A stretch of 64,000 nt of DNA, taken from the NCBI GenBank assembly GCA_965226795.1, contig CBDDDZ010000004.1:32001-96000 (forward strand), read 5' to 3'. Position 1 is the stretch's first letter, and every line of letters begins with the position of its first letter. The notes beneath the pieces were generated by a model, which was given only the letters and a program-made list of their open reading frames with translations, did not search any database and was not told the DNA's origin. This stretch comes from Candidatus Latescibacterota bacterium. Lineage in GTDB: Bacteria > Latescibacterota > UBA2968 > GCA-2709665. Shown here in pieces: positions 20,107-31,339 of this stretch. Position numbers and translations under genes: made by a program.

Positions 20107-20358
20107 ATGTCGAACAACAAATCGTTAAAGTTGCTGCTGGTTGTTGTCGCATTCCTGCTGCTTGCCAACCTGGTCCGGCCGCTCTGGTCGCCTGGCACGG
20201 CCCATGCCCAGAGTGAGGGGGCGGTCCCCGGTGTCGCCATTACCGGCGCGGGCCAGAGCGCCTGGATTCTGAAGGGCAGTAACGTCTACTATGCAATCTA
20301 CGAAAAGCCGTACGAATCCATCCGCATCTACGGTCCCGAAGAACTGCCGGAAGAATGA
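20107..20358 (+). CDS. Small exported hypothetical protein
   Basis: MSNNKSLKLLLVVVAFLLLANL...AHA-Q signal peptide, SD AAGGA. Confidence 0.7.
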   Translation: MSNNKSLKLLLVVVAFLLLANLVRPLWSPGTAHAQSEGAVPGVAITGAGQSAWILKGSNVYYAIYEKPYESIRIYGPEELPEE

Positions 20359-20445
20359 TCAGCGCCATGGGTCGTCATTCGGTATCACCGAAGAGCCGGT
20401 ATTGTCGCCCCGAATCTCCTCCGATCCACATAGCCTGAGGCATCC

Positions 20446-22890
20446 ATGAGGACCTTCCGGGATCAGAACCGGCTCATCGGTACCCTGGTTTTTCTGATCA
20501 CGTGTTTCGTCTACATTCGAACCGTTGCGCCCACGGTCACCTTCTGGGACACCGGCGAATTCATCGCGGCCTCGTACATCCTGGGCGTTCCCCATCCTCC
20601 CGGCGCGCCGTTTCATACCCTGCTGGGCCGTATTTTCACGCTTTTCGCGAATCCCGAAAACGTCGCCTTCAGCGTAAACCTGATTTCGGTCCTTGCAGGC
20701 GCCGCCACGGCCCTCCTGCTATACCTCTGCAGCGTTCGCCTCCTCACCCGGTGGCTCAGACCCGGGCGAATATCCGACCGCATCGCCATCCTGACCGGCG
20801 GCGCGGTTGCCGCTCTTTCAGCGGCGTTTTCCACCTCTGTCTGGGCAAATGCCACCGAGGCCGAAGTCTACGCGCTGTCCATGCTTTTCACCGTCCTGGC
20901 GTTCTACCTTGCCCTGCGCTGGGACGGCGCGCCTGAAGACAGGTATCGCGACCGCCTGCTCATATTCATTGTCTACCTGTTCTTTCTGGGCGCCGGCGTG
21001 CATCTACAATGCCTGCTCACCGTGCCTGGAATCCTCATCCTGGTCTTCTCCGACCTGCTCAAGGGTCGGCCCGTTTCCGTGCAGGTGGCCGTTGTCATCG
21101 GGGTCACGATATTTCCCTTTCTGTGCATTCTCTTTCCTGTAGAGGTCACCGTTGTCCTGGTTCTGGCCCTACTCACCGGCCTTTTGCTCCTGCGTCCGGC
21201 CTGGCGTCATCCGGCTTTCTGGCTGTGCGCCGTGGGTACGATCGTCCTCGGGTATTCCACCTACGTCATGCTTTACATCCGCTCGGGGCTGAATCCCTTT
21301 GTGGATATGAACAATCCCGAGACCCTCGAAAATTTCAAAGCCTTTCTCACCCGCCAGCAATACGGCGTCCACAGCATCTTCCCCCGACGGGGAGATTTCT
21401 GGGCTTTTCAGCTGAACATCCACATCAAATATTTCCTTCAGCAATTCCCGTTTTATGACCAGGGGCTTGTCGGCCGCTTTTTCTCGGATACACTGCCGTC
21501 ATTCACGGGACGTTTTCCCATCGGCGAGATGCTGTCCGGGACGTTCCGGCGGGCGGTCGCCACGATGGACGACAACCTGGAGACCATCGCGTATTCGGTT
21601 GTACCTATTTTCCTGGGTATCGGCGGAGCGGTCAGCCACCTCCGCAGAGACTGGAAGCGCTTCGCCAGCGTCTTCGCCATGTTTCTGCTTATGGGACTTG
21701 GACTGGTCATATACCTGAATATGCCGGACCCTGAACCCCGCGAACGGGAATACATCTTCGTCGGCGCGTATACGTTCTTCGGCCTGTGGATCGGGGGCGG
21801 GGCCGCCGCGCTCATCAGCGCCGTTGCGCGCGGTCACGCCGCGCTTCCTGCAGCCGCATTGGCCGCGGTTGTGTGTCTCCTCGTGCCAATCGGGCTTCTG
21901 CAGAACAACTACTTCGAACGCGACCGCAGCGGAGACTTCATCGCTCACGACTACGCCTCAAATATACTGAGTTCCTGCGAGCCCGACGCCATCCTCTTCA
22001 CCAACGGAGACAACGACACCTATCCGTTGTGGTTCCTGCAATATGTCGAGGGCTTCCGCCGGGATGTCCGGGTGGTCAACCTGAGCCTGCTCAAAACCCC
22101 ATGGTACGTCAAACAACTGCGCGACCTGGAACCCAGACTACCCATTCCGCTCACCGATGAACGAATTGAGTCCGAGGTCGTCGCCCGCCGGTGGGAGTAT
22201 GAAAGTGACATTCAACTCGCAGAGGGAGCCGTTGTGGTCAAGGCCGAAGACATACCGCTCACCCAAATACCAATGGCCGGCCGGCGCATACCCATCCTTG
22301 AATCCCACACCTTCATGATCTGGTACCTGTTGTCAAAATACGACTGGCAGCGCCCGATATATTTCGCGGTTACCGTTCCCGAACGCAACATGGGCGGCCT
22401 TCGGTCCTATCTCTCAATGGAAGGCATGGTGTACCGTCTCGTCAGGCAGCACGCCCCCGGACAATTCGACGCCGGATTGACCTCACGGCATCTGCTTGAA
22501 AACTATCGCTATTCGGGAATCTCGGACAGTACTATCTACAAGGACCCGGTGGCCCAGCGCCTCATCAGCAATTACCTGGTTATCTTCGAAGGCCTCGTGC
22601 GAGCGATGCATCTCCAGAACCGGCCGTCCGAAGCCCTTCGAATCATCAAGGTCGCGGAGAGCACCATCCCTCCCGAAGCCGTAGGCCAGGAGGTGTGGTA
22701 CTCGCTAATGCACGACAGTTACCGGCAGCTTGCGGTCAGCTTTCTGCGGGCCGGAAAGAAGGACAGTGCCAGCCTCTGCCTGGAAGAACTGATTCGAATC
22801 AATCCCTACGAGCAAGAGCGTAAGCGCCTCCGTGAGCACATACAATCCTTGGAGGCCCCGGCCGAATCGACCGATGCGCCCGGCAGGTAG
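20446..22890 (+). CDS. DUF2723 (TMEM260-like) membrane glycosyltransferase with C-terminal TPR-like region
   Basis: TVTFWDTGEFIAASYILGVPHPPGAP, ATEAEVY, EPREREY, ILFTNGDNDTYPLW, VVNLSLL. Confidence 0.9.
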   Translation: MRTFRDQNRLIGTLVFLITCFVYIRTVAPTVTFWDTGEFIAASYILGVPHPPGAPFHTLLGRIFTLFANPENVAFSVNLISVLAGAATALLLYLCSVRLLTRWLRPGRISDRIAILTGGAVAALSAAFSTSVWANATEAEVYALSMLFTVLAFYLALRWDGAPEDRYRDRLLIFIVYLFFLGAGVHLQCLLTVPGILILVFSDLLKGRPVSVQVAVVIGVTIFPFLCILFPVEVTVVLVLALLTGLLLLRPAWRHPAFWLCAVGTIVLGYSTYVMLYIRSGLNPFVDMNNPETLENFKAFLTRQQYGVHSIFPRRGDFWAFQLNIHIKYFLQQFPFYDQGLVGRFFSDTLPSFTGRFPIGEMLSGTFRRAVATMDDNLETIAYSVVPIFLGIGGAVSHLRRDWKRFASVFAMFLLMGLGLVIYLNMPDPEPREREYIFVGAYTFFGLWIGGGAAALISAVARGHAALPAAALAAVVCLLVPIGLLQNNYFERDRSGDFIAHDYASNILSSCEPDAILFTNGDNDTYPLWFLQYVEGFRRDVRVVNLSLLKTPWYVKQLRDLEPRLPIPLTDERIESEVVARRWEYESDIQLAEGAVVVKAEDIPLTQIPMAGRRIPILESHTFMIWYLLSKYDWQRPIYFAVTVPERNMGGLRSYLSMEGMVYRLVRQHAPGQFDAGLTSRHLLENYRYSGISDSTIYKDPVAQRLISNYLVIFEGLVRAMHLQNRPSEALRIIKVAESTIPPEAVGQEVWYSLMHDSYRQLAVSFLRAGKKDSASLCLEELIRINPYEQERKRLREHIQSLEAPAESTDAPGR

Positions 22891-22920
22891 ACGAACACAT
22901 AAAGCTCTCCAGAAAATAAC

Positions 22921-22950
22921 GGGGCCGCCTTATTATTCAGGCGGCCCTTT
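22921..22950. terminator. Probable bidirectional terminator between convergent genes
   Basis: GGGCCGCCT-loop-AGGCGGCCC flanked by A-rich and T-rich sequence. Confidence 0.7.
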
Positions 22951-22999
22951 CGTGTGACAATTCTTAATCCAGCGTAACCAAAACGCCCGCCGACCCATC

Positions 23000-23668
23000 C
23001 TAGACCCAATTGAACCGACGAGTGTGCCAGCGCATCACCAGGTACCCTGCAATGAACCCGCCGATGTGGGCATACCAGGCCACGCCGCCCGAATCGGCCG
23101 AAGCGCTCACCAGCTGGATGATAAACCAGACGCCAAGCACCAGCAGCGCGGGCACACGCACGATCTGGATAAAAAACAGCAGAAAAACGAAAACATGCAC
23201 CCTGGCGCCCGGAAAGCGCGCCAGATAGGCCCCGAGGATGCCTGCTATCGCTCCGCTGGCGCCCACCATGGGTGTTGTCGAGTCCGGATCCGAGAGAACG
23301 TGGCCAAGCGCAGCCGCCACACCACAGAAAACGTAGAACAGCAAAAACCGCAACCGCCCCAGCGTATCTTCGACGTTGTTCCCGAAAATCCAGAGATAGA
23401 GCATGTTGCCGCCCAGGTGCATCCAGCCACCGTGCAGGAACATAGCCGTCAAGAACGTGAGATAGAGTGGAATCGGCGTTGGCGATATGGCATCCACGCC
23501 ATGGGTGACTTCAAAGGGAATCAGACCCATCCGAAGCGTAAATACGTCGAAACCGATGGATCCCAGGGCAATGGAATAAAAAAAGACGCCCACGTTCAGC
23601 AGCAGGATGCTCACCGTCAACACCGGGGCGCGGCGTGTCGGATTGTCATCTTTGATCGGGAGTATCAT
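23000..23668 (-). CDS. Rhomboid family intramembrane serine protease
   Basis: MFLHGGWMHLGGNMLYLWIFGNNVED, GASGAIAG, AHIGGF. Confidence 0.95.
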   Translation of the reverse strand: MILPIKDDNPTRRAPVLTVSILLLNVGVFFYSIALGSIGFDVFTLRMGLIPFEVTHGVDAISPTPIPLYLTFLTAMFLHGGWMHLGGNMLYLWIFGNNVEDTLGRLRFLLFYVFCGVAAALGHVLSDPDSTTPMVGASGAIAGILGAYLARFPGARVHVFVFLLFFIQIVRVPALLVLGVWFIIQLVSASADSGGVAWYAHIGGFIAGYLVMRWHTRRFNWV

Positions 23669-23772
23669 CCCTGTTTCAACTCGCGTCTGAAATTCAACTC
23701 TCGTGTGATGTCCCGGTCGCAGAGCGCCCGACCGGACGTCGAATCTACGGGCTCCCGATGGGCGACGATCGC

Positions 23773-26052
23773 TTACCGCACAGTGAACGAACGCACCGCC
23801 CGGGCCCGGTTACCGGAGGCGTCCGTCACCGCTACCTCCAACTTGTGACTTCCAGCCGTGAGCGGCTGCCTGGGCCGGGCTGTCACCTGACCCGCTTCGG
23901 GGTCATATTCCGCGATCAACCGCTGTCCGTCCAGGCGCATAAGAATATCCTCCTCCCGCCGGATGCCCGAACCCGAGTCGCGAATCCTGGCGGCAAGTTC
24001 CGGGCGTCTGTCTGCAACCTTCGCGTGCGACTCCGGCCGCAGAATTCTCACGCGGGGAGGGGTCTCGTCCAGCAACAGCGCATACGTGGAGAAACTCGGA
24101 ACCTCCGCAGCCACGGCGCGGCGCTTCGGAACGGCGCGGTTGCCCACAAATACCCAGGTTCTCCCCTTGGTTAACCGATAGATACCCAATCGCTCCGGCC
24201 GGCTGAAGTCCGCCGGGTATCGGAGGACGATTTCGGCCTTGCGCCGGAACGGCACATCCTCCGGTGCAAACCGGTAACGCGATCCAACCAGCGGCAGACC
24301 CTTCGCCCCCTTCCCCGGGGTGGGCGCGATTCGTCCGAAGAAAGGCCGGTAGACTTCGTCGGCGTCGAAGCGTGCCTCCGCCATGCCGTCCGGCGAGCGC
24401 ACGACCCCACCCGATCTGCGCACTGGTGTCTGGACCAGGCGAACCTCACGGCGCCCGGTATTGCCTTTAAGATCCACCCCGGACAGGACTGCTCCAACTT
24501 CGCCGTCCACTGCCGGATCGAAATTTACCACGGCTTCGTAGTGGTAAAGGCTACGCTGAAAGACCTCCGGCGTCGTTTCTCCGTTCGAGGGCCACCGCAG
24601 CGTAACCCCCGGCGCCGCCGACAACAGCCGGTTGGAAACTATCTTCAATACGGCGAAGTCGGGATAATAACGCACGGTGCATTCCAGCAGGTCTCCCTGG
24701 GTTACGCTCTCCGATGCCATAAGGGGCGTACAGACCTGGAAGCCCTCCGACTCGAAACTGTCCTGGCAGCGTACCTTGTAGACCGCATTGGGGGTGTGGG
24801 CGAATTCCACGTCAACCCGGCCGGACCCATCCACTTCGACACCGCGTACAAGATGCCAGGATCGGCCGCCATTCAGAGACCGTTCCACGAAGACCTTTTG
24901 TAAATTCTCGTCAAGTACCCTTGCCCGCACCCGAACCGAACGGCCATTCATTTTCGCGCGGGCGTCCAGTACGCGTGGTACTGTATTGACGATCACCTCA
25001 AGATCCGCGCGTGATCGGTTACCGGCCGCGTCTTCAACCAGCACCCGGATGCGATTCCTCCCGGGGTTAAGCGCGACGCCACGACCCGAGGGCGGAATCC
25101 CCGCATACAGGACCCCGTCTCCCACCCTGTACTTCCCGTACATAGGAAGCTGATTGCCGTCAGACCGGTACAAGTTGTGATATATGCCGGCGCCGCGTAT
25201 TTTCAGAACAAAATTGCGATCCAGTTCCACCTGGTTCACCTGGTCGTACCCGAAAATTGTGTATCTGGTTTCGAAAACTTCCCGTTCGTTTACGAACAGC
25301 CTCAACCGGTACGGAGCGAAGCGGTTGCTAAGCACGGTGGCGTCGGCCTGATCGTACGTCTTCACACTCACGCCGATGCGCCCGGCGATCATTGGCACGC
25401 TCCGTGCAACGTAGCGCTTCAGTTTGGGGCGCCACTGCAAGCCGAACGTCGCGGGATCCATCCCATCCGAAACCCGCGATTCAACGTCCATGGGGATTAA
25501 AGCGAGGGACTGTACGGTAGGTGCAACGGTATCCTTCACCTCGAATCCGTGGAGCAACCCGTTGATCGGCCGCTGATTTTCATCGCGAATCTCAAAATGC
25601 AGATGCGGAACGCCGCTGCCGGTACTGCCGGAATATCCTACAGTTTCACCGCGTTTAACCTGAATCTGGTTTGGCTTAAAGAAAAGATTGACGCTATAAG
25701 AGCCCCGTCGTGCCTGTTCCGCCTCGACAACCGCCTGAACCTCGGGTGCAAACCCCGAAAGATGCGCATAGACCGCCGTCCGACCGTCTTGCAGTCTGAT
25801 ATAGACCACTTTCCCATATCCCCACGGCGAGGTACGCACGCGCCAGACGTACCCGTCGTCCACCGCCAGCACCGGGTAACCTTCCTTCCCCCACGTCTTG
25901 AAATCCAGCCCCGCGTGGAAGCGTCGCGGCCGATATTCTCCAAAGGAAGAGTTAAGCGCGGGTGGCGCCGCCATTGGCCAATGGTAATCCACGGCTTCCG
26001 CGATGCCGGAATCCGCAAGGCAAAGCAACCATATCAACAGGATCGCACACAT
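23773..26052 (-). CDS. M23 family metallopeptidase with C-terminal beta-sandwich domains
   Basis: Signal peptide, FGEYR..RFHAGLD, YAHL, SGSTG..PHLHFEIR. Confidence 0.9.
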   Translation of the reverse strand: MCAILLIWLLCLADSGIAEAVDYHWPMAAPPALNSSFGEYRPRRFHAGLDFKTWGKEGYPVLAVDDGYVWRVRTSPWGYGKVVYIRLQDGRTAVYAHLSGFAPEVQAVVEAEQARRGSYSVNLFFKPNQIQVKRGETVGYSGSTGSGVPHLHFEIRDENQRPINGLLHGFEVKDTVAPTVQSLALIPMDVESRVSDGMDPATFGLQWRPKLKRYVARSVPMIAGRIGVSVKTYDQADATVLSNRFAPYRLRLFVNEREVFETRYTIFGYDQVNQVELDRNFVLKIRGAGIYHNLYRSDGNQLPMYGKYRVGDGVLYAGIPPSGRGVALNPGRNRIRVLVEDAAGNRSRADLEVIVNTVPRVLDARAKMNGRSVRVRARVLDENLQKVFVERSLNGGRSWHLVRGVEVDGSGRVDVEFAHTPNAVYKVRCQDSFESEGFQVCTPLMASESVTQGDLLECTVRYYPDFAVLKIVSNRLLSAAPGVTLRWPSNGETTPEVFQRSLYHYEAVVNFDPAVDGEVGAVLSGVDLKGNTGRREVRLVQTPVRRSGGVVRSPDGMAEARFDADEVYRPFFGRIAPTPGKGAKGLPLVGSRYRFAPEDVPFRRKAEIVLRYPADFSRPERLGIYRLTKGRTWVFVGNRAVPKRRAVAAEVPSFSTYALLLDETPPRVRILRPESHAKVADRRPELAARIRDSGSGIRREEDILMRLDGQRLIAEYDPEAGQVTARPRQPLTAGSHKLEVAVTDASGNRARAVRSFTVR

Positions 26053-26114
26053 CGTTGTCAGACCTCCACGCCCCGCGTTGTGAGCGGTTGTTTCTTCCGG
26101 ATCAGGTGCGACTC

Positions 26115-26143
26115 AGTATAGGTATTTTGTCCACCAGGGTCAA
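26115..26143 (-). promoter_or_regulatory. Sigma70 promoter for the M23 peptidase gene
   Basis: Minus strand TTGACC-17nt-TATACT. Confidence 0.65.
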
Positions 26144-26329
26144 GCACGCACCGGCTTTTCCCAACGAATAAAAAAACTTGCCTGTAAACCCGCCTTCCTA
26201 TAATTTATCGTATTGGTATGTAGTCATTCGAAAAATTCCGAGCCGGAATTTTCACATCGGGCCGTTGTCGGGGGCGGCCGCCGCCCTCAAATGCTGCCTT
26301 CTTTCCATCCACCGGAGGGTGTTTATCCC

Positions 26330-28150
26330 ATGCTTAAAAACCTGCGCAACGTGGTCCTGATCAAAGCGATGATGTGGATCGTGGCCATTTCCTTCGTGGC
26401 GCTGATGGTCTTCGACTGGGGCGCGGGCGGAATGACCTGCGCCGGGCCAGGAGATACCGTGGGTGCAATCAACGGTTACAAGATCACCCACCCGCAATTC
26501 GTCGAAGCCCTCCGTGACGCCTCAAGCCAGGCCAAAGCCCGGAACAGTGCCGATCCGGAGGAGAGCCAGCTCATCCGCCAGATCTGGGACCAGATGGTCG
26601 CCCAGATCCTCTACGCCCAGCAGATTGAAGAACACGACATCGCGGTCTCCGATACGGAGGTCAACTTTATCAACCGGAATCAGCCAGTTGAATGGGTACG
26701 GAACCAGGAAGTCTTTCAGACCGATGGCAAATTCGATCCGGAGAAATACGGCAGGTTCCTGGACGACCCTGGTACGTACGCAAGTCCGGAAAGAAGGCAG
26801 TTCGTACTCAGCGCCGAATACGCCGTCCGACAGGCCGTGCTTGTCAGCAAGCTCCAGGAGATGGTCGCCGGAGGGGTGAGGATCACGTCGGCGGAGGTTC
26901 GAGAAGCATTCGTGCGGCAGAAAGAGAAAGTCCGCGTCGCCTACGCAGTCATCGAGGCGTATTCGATCGCCGACTCGCTGGTTTCCGTCTCGGACGACCA
27001 GATTCAGGCCTATTACGACGGCCACCTGGACGAATTTCATCGGGAAGCGTCCGTCAATGCTTCCTTTGTTGCCTTCGAAAAGAAACCTTCCGTGGCCGAT
27101 GAATCCAGTGCCGAAGCCCAAATCCGCGATCTGCTCGCCGAGATCCGCGCCGGAGGGGACTTTGCCGCGCTGGCCGAAAGCAACTCCGACGATCCCGGCA
27201 GCGCGGAACGAGGCGGGGATCTGGGGTTCTTCGGGCGTGGACGGATGCTCAAGCCCTTTGAGGACGCGGCCTTTTCTCTCGAACCGGGTGAAATCTCAGA
27301 ACCCTTACGGACCCAGTTCGGATGGCATATCCTCAAGGTCGAACAACGCAAAGGCGAGGGAGATGAGCTCCAGGTCCGCGCCAGGCACATACTGCTGAAG
27401 ATCCGTCCGGGGAGGGACACGCTGGACAGCCTCCGTCTCGAAGCCGAACGCTTCCAGGAGCGCGCGGAAGAATCGGATTTCCTGACGGCGGTGGCCGAAC
27501 AGAACCTGCAGGCTAAAGATACCGGTTTCATCACGGCCGGCGGCTTCTTCCCCATGTTGGGCAATCGGACGTCCGGGTTGGTCAATTCCTTCCTCAACGC
27601 TTCACCGGGCAAGATTTTAAACACTTACGAAACCGAACAGGGCATCTATGTCTTCACCCTCGTGGCCACGCGCGAAGCAGGTCCACAACCACTGGACGAG
27701 GTCAACAATCGAATTTCGACCAAACTCAAGACATCGGAGAAAGTCAACATTGCTTCGGCGCTTATTGCTCCATTGCTTGAGGACGTCCGGTCCGGAGAAA
27801 GCCTCAAAAACGCAGCGCGCGATCGCAATATTCGCTTCGCCGAGTCCAAACTCTTCAGCCGCGACGACTTCGTCCAGGGTGTCGGCCGCAGGAACGCATT
27901 TACCGGCAGGGCCTTCCGACTTGATGAGGGAACAACCAGCAGCGTGATTACCACGGACCGGGGCGCGTACGTACTGCAGTTGATGAAAAAAGAGCCGATT
28001 GACGAAGTCGAATTCAATGCGGAAGGGGCAAAACTGGTTCAGCGCCTGCGGGCGGAAAAACAGAACGAAGTCCTGGCGGCCTGGTTCAGCGATCTCAAAG
28101 AGCAGGCTGAAATCATCGACAATCGGCATCTCTTTTACCCGAACTTTTGA
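26330..28150 (+). CDS. PpiD-like parvulin peptidyl-prolyl isomerase (SurA N-terminal domain plus rotamase)
   Basis: N-terminal TM anchor, [43 protein letters not shown]. Confidence 0.9.
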   Translation: MLKNLRNVVLIKAMMWIVAISFVALMVFDWGAGGMTCAGPGDTVGAINGYKITHPQFVEALRDASSQAKARNSADPEESQLIRQIWDQMVAQILYAQQIEEHDIAVSDTEVNFINRNQPVEWVRNQEVFQTDGKFDPEKYGRFLDDPGTYASPERRQFVLSAEYAVRQAVLVSKLQEMVAGGVRITSAEVREAFVRQKEKVRVAYAVIEAYSIADSLVSVSDDQIQAYYDGHLDEFHREASVNASFVAFEKKPSVADESSAEAQIRDLLAEIRAGGDFAALAESNSDDPGSAERGGDLGFFGRGRMLKPFEDAAFSLEPGEISEPLRTQFGWHILKVEQRKGEGDELQVRARHILLKIRPGRDTLDSLRLEAERFQERAEESDFLTAVAEQNLQAKDTGFITAGGFFPMLGNRTSGLVNSFLNASPGKILNTYETEQGIYVFTLVATREAGPQPLDEVNNRISTKLKTSEKVNIASALIAPLLEDVRSGESLKNAARDRNIRFAESKLFSRDDFVQGVGRRNAFTGRAFRLDEGTTSSVITTDRGAYVLQLMKKEPIDEVEFNAEGAKLVQRLRAEKQNEVLAAWFSDLKEQAEIIDNRHLFYPNF

Positions 28151-28202
28151 GCGGTGCCCGGGTGAGCCTGCCCGCTCCTGATCCGTCGCCCGACCGCAGA
28201 GG

Positions 28203-28910
28203 ATGACTCGCGTGGCCGTTATTACCGTCTCACGCCAGCTCGGCAGTATTGGAGACTTGGTCGCTCGCCGGGCATCGGAAGTTCTCAGCTACGACTTCGT
28301 GGACAAGAACCTCATCACGGAAGTCGCGAGAGAAGCCAATGTGCCCGAATCCGAAGTCGAGAAATTCGACGAACAGGCACAAAGCGCGGTCAAACGCTTC
28401 ATTCACAGCCTGATCGTGCCGTCGCGGTCCGCTCCGACACCCCCCGCCATGCTCTGGGGGCTGGAGTTTCCCTACGAAGTATCGGCCGCGCTTCTGGCCA
28501 ACGACGCGACAGTCAACGAGGAAAAACACCTTCTGGACCAGCGGGACTATCTCAGATTTCTTCAGGCCACCGTCGATCGCCTCCGGAGACGTGACAAAAT
28601 CATCATCGTGGGTCGCGGCGGGCAGGCCATCCTTCGGGATGCGCCCAATACCCTGCATGTGCGCACCGTGGCCCCTCTTGAGAGACGCATCCAGGTCGTC
28701 ATGGAACGTCAAAACCTGCGAACGCGGAAAGAAGCCAGAGAACTGATTCAGAAAAGCGACAGACGCCGGGCCGCCTACCTTAGAGACAACTACCAAATCA
28801 ACTGGGACGATCCGACCCTCTATCACGTCATTGTGAATACCGGCCGTACATCCCTCGAATCCGCGGCCCGAATCATCCAGCATTCCGTCAATGCCCTCGG
28901 CGATGCCTGA
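28203..28910 (+). CDS. Cytidylate kinase-like family protein
   Basis: VITVSRQLGSIG, IIVGRGG, SDRRR..Y, WDDPTLYHVIVNT. Confidence 0.85.
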   Translation: MTRVAVITVSRQLGSIGDLVARRASEVLSYDFVDKNLITEVAREANVPESEVEKFDEQAQSAVKRFIHSLIVPSRSAPTPPAMLWGLEFPYEVSAALLANDATVNEEKHLLDQRDYLRFLQATVDRLRRRDKIIIVGRGGQAILRDAPNTLHVRTVAPLERRIQVVMERQNLRTRKEARELIQKSDRRRAAYLRDNYQINWDDPTLYHVIVNTGRTSLESAARIIQHSVNALGDA

Positions 28911-29161
28911 GAACCCCAACGGATGCCCCGCTCCTCCGTCTTCCGTCTGACGATAGAGCCGGACCGGTACAGACTCCATTTACGGCCTCCGAATCGCATC
29001 GAGAACCCGTTTTCTCTTTATCGGTCTCCGGTATTGCCCACGCTTTGTCCTTGACTTGCCCTCTCCGATCGTACATTCCTAACGCAAGCGCATTTCGCCA
29101 GGACGGCAAGTTCACCGCTGCCATCCCCGCCGATAACGTCGATAGCCCGAGGATTCTATCC

Positions 29162-31270
29162 ATGCCGCCAAAAATCAGCCGCACGAAAATGCGTTCCATT
29201 TCCAACGAAAACCTTTTCGCGGCGATTGACCTCAGAGGGGAGCGCCTGAAACCCGTCAGCAAAGCGATAAGGGCCGGAAAGTGGAATAAAGCGGCCGCTG
29301 CCTGGGGCGATTACTTTTCCGCGCGGGAAAAACCTCTCAATATGGTCGCACCTACCGGCGATAAGCCCGACCCCAAATGCATTCAGGAAGCCGAACGCGT
29401 CGTCGCACACGAGATCCAGGGGTGGCACGACCTGACGTACAAATTCGGAAAGACGGTCGACTTCAACGCAAATTGGGGACGCTCAGGCATCTACGGCACC
29501 CACTACTGGGGCTGGTCCGAATGCCTGCGGGTCGCGTTCGGGCAGACCGGGGATCCACGTTATGCGGAATGCTTTGACGATCTGTTCAACCAGTGGTACG
29601 AACAACGTAAAGGTATAGATAATCCTGGCAACCACGACGTCATCTTTTACGAACTCGGGCTGGGTGGGCGGACACCACGGTTCATCGACCACTACTTTGC
29701 ATATCGGTCGACCGGCATCCTCCGCCCGATCACCCATCTACGCCTGTTGAAATCCATTCTGGGGGCCTGTCGCTGGCTCTATCTTCTCGAAAAAGACGAT
29801 GGCTATCGCAGCGGGAACTGGCAAATGTGCGGCTCGTGGGCCCTGGTCTACGCCGGGGGCCTCTTCCCGGAATTCAAAGAAGCAGGAAGCTGGGTCAGAT
29901 TCGGCGTAGAACGGCTTCTGGAACACGTTGACAGAGACTTTTATGCCGATGGCTGCCACCACGAACGCGCCTCCGGATACGGCGCGTGGTGCGCACGCAT
30001 CAGCGAGGATCTGCTGACCTTCTCGGAGCAGATCCCTTCCCCCAAGATCGAAACCGACCTGCGGGGTCGCATCGTTCAGATGTACGACTGGTTTTTGTCC
30101 ACCACCACCCCCCTGGGGGAATCGCAGGGTTTCAACGACGGCGGTTTCGGACAACAGGACGCCATTTTCAAGCGAGGCGCTGAATTTACGGGAGACGGGC
30201 GTTATCTTTGGCCAGTACGCAACAGCGTCCAGACCGATTCCCCTATCCGACCGAAAAAACCCGGATACACGTCCATCGACACGCGCCCGTCGGGTTTTGC
30301 CGTTATGCGTTCCGACTGGAACGCGGAAGCACGTTATCTAATCGTCAATTACGGCCCCTGGGGTGGCGGCCATACCCACAACGACCTGCTCGACTTCGCA
30401 CTGTACGCCTACGGGGAACCACTTGCCGTCGAGACCAACCGCTGGGGTCCATACGACAACCCGCTCGATCAGTATTTTCGTTCTCCCCAGGCCCACAACC
30501 AGATTGTGGTCAACGACGCGCCGATGGACCGCGTTCACCACCGCGGCGAGGAGGTCACCTGGGCGACCGGAAGGACACTGGACTATTTTTCCGCAACCCA
30601 CCGGGCCTACGAGCGGCAATACGGCACCCGCATCGAACGCCGCGTCACGTTTTTCAAACCCGATTACTTTCTGGTTTCGGATGCTGTCTTCGAAGGTCCC
30701 CAGCACCACGCCTACACCTGGTACCTGCATGCGCCCACAAGGTGGAAAGGAGGCAGAATCCGCGCGCTTTCCACCGGCCGTCCCGGACTCCAGATCGTTC
30801 CCGCGACCCCCTCCGAGATTCACCACGTCCGGAAAGGGACCTCCTACGAAGCCAAAGACGGCACGCCCGGCAGGCATCCCAACCGCTATTGGATAGGTCT
30901 TCAGAAATGGGTCCGGCGGGAAGGCGCCAACGCCGTTGTCTATGACATTGCCCTGGTTCCCTTCAAAACCGAGCCGGAGAACGTCAAAGTTACGCGGCGC
31001 TCAGCGAATATCGGCGGGGAAATCTGCCGCCCCGAAGTCGCTCGTGGCGTCCGAATCCGTCGCGGCGACCGGATCGATCTCGTGGTCTACGGCAGGGAAG
31101 GGGACGCCGTTGAATGCGACGGCCTGTCCTTCACCGGCACGGTCTGTGTTCTCTCCTTTCAGGATAAGCGACCGGTCCATGTCGCGGTCGTTGACGGCGG
31201 CGACGTCTCCTACAACGGCCTGCCGCTGATTCGCACGAACCGTGCAGGTCTCACCGAGCGCGAATTGTAA
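29162..31270 (+). CDS. Heparinase II/III-like polysaccharide lyase
   Basis: SGNWQ, DGCHHERASGY, SGFAVMRSDW, GGHTHNDLL, RSPQAHNQIVVN. Confidence 0.85.
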   Translation: MPPKISRTKMRSISNENLFAAIDLRGERLKPVSKAIRAGKWNKAAAAWGDYFSAREKPLNMVAPTGDKPDPKCIQEAERVVAHEIQGWHDLTYKFGKTVDFNANWGRSGIYGTHYWGWSECLRVAFGQTGDPRYAECFDDLFNQWYEQRKGIDNPGNHDVIFYELGLGGRTPRFIDHYFAYRSTGILRPITHLRLLKSILGACRWLYLLEKDDGYRSGNWQMCGSWALVYAGGLFPEFKEAGSWVRFGVERLLEHVDRDFYADGCHHERASGYGAWCARISEDLLTFSEQIPSPKIETDLRGRIVQMYDWFLSTTTPLGESQGFNDGGFGQQDAIFKRGAEFTGDGRYLWPVRNSVQTDSPIRPKKPGYTSIDTRPSGFAVMRSDWNAEARYLIVNYGPWGGGHTHNDLLDFALYAYGEPLAVETNRWGPYDNPLDQYFRSPQAHNQIVVNDAPMDRVHHRGEEVTWATGRTLDYFSATHRAYERQYGTRIERRVTFFKPDYFLVSDAVFEGPQHHAYTWYLHAPTRWKGGRIRALSTGRPGLQIVPATPSEIHHVRKGTSYEAKDGTPGRHPNRYWIGLQKWVRREGANAVVYDIALVPFKTEPENVKVTRRSANIGGEICRPEVARGVRIRRGDRIDLVVYGREGDAVECDGLSFTGTVCVLSFQDKRPVHVAVVDGGDVSYNGLPLIRTNRAGLTEREL

Positions 31271-31339
31271 CCCCCATCCTGAACGCTAGTGCGGACCAGC
31301 AACGGATGACGACGGACGCGTAGCGACACCGGGACTCCC

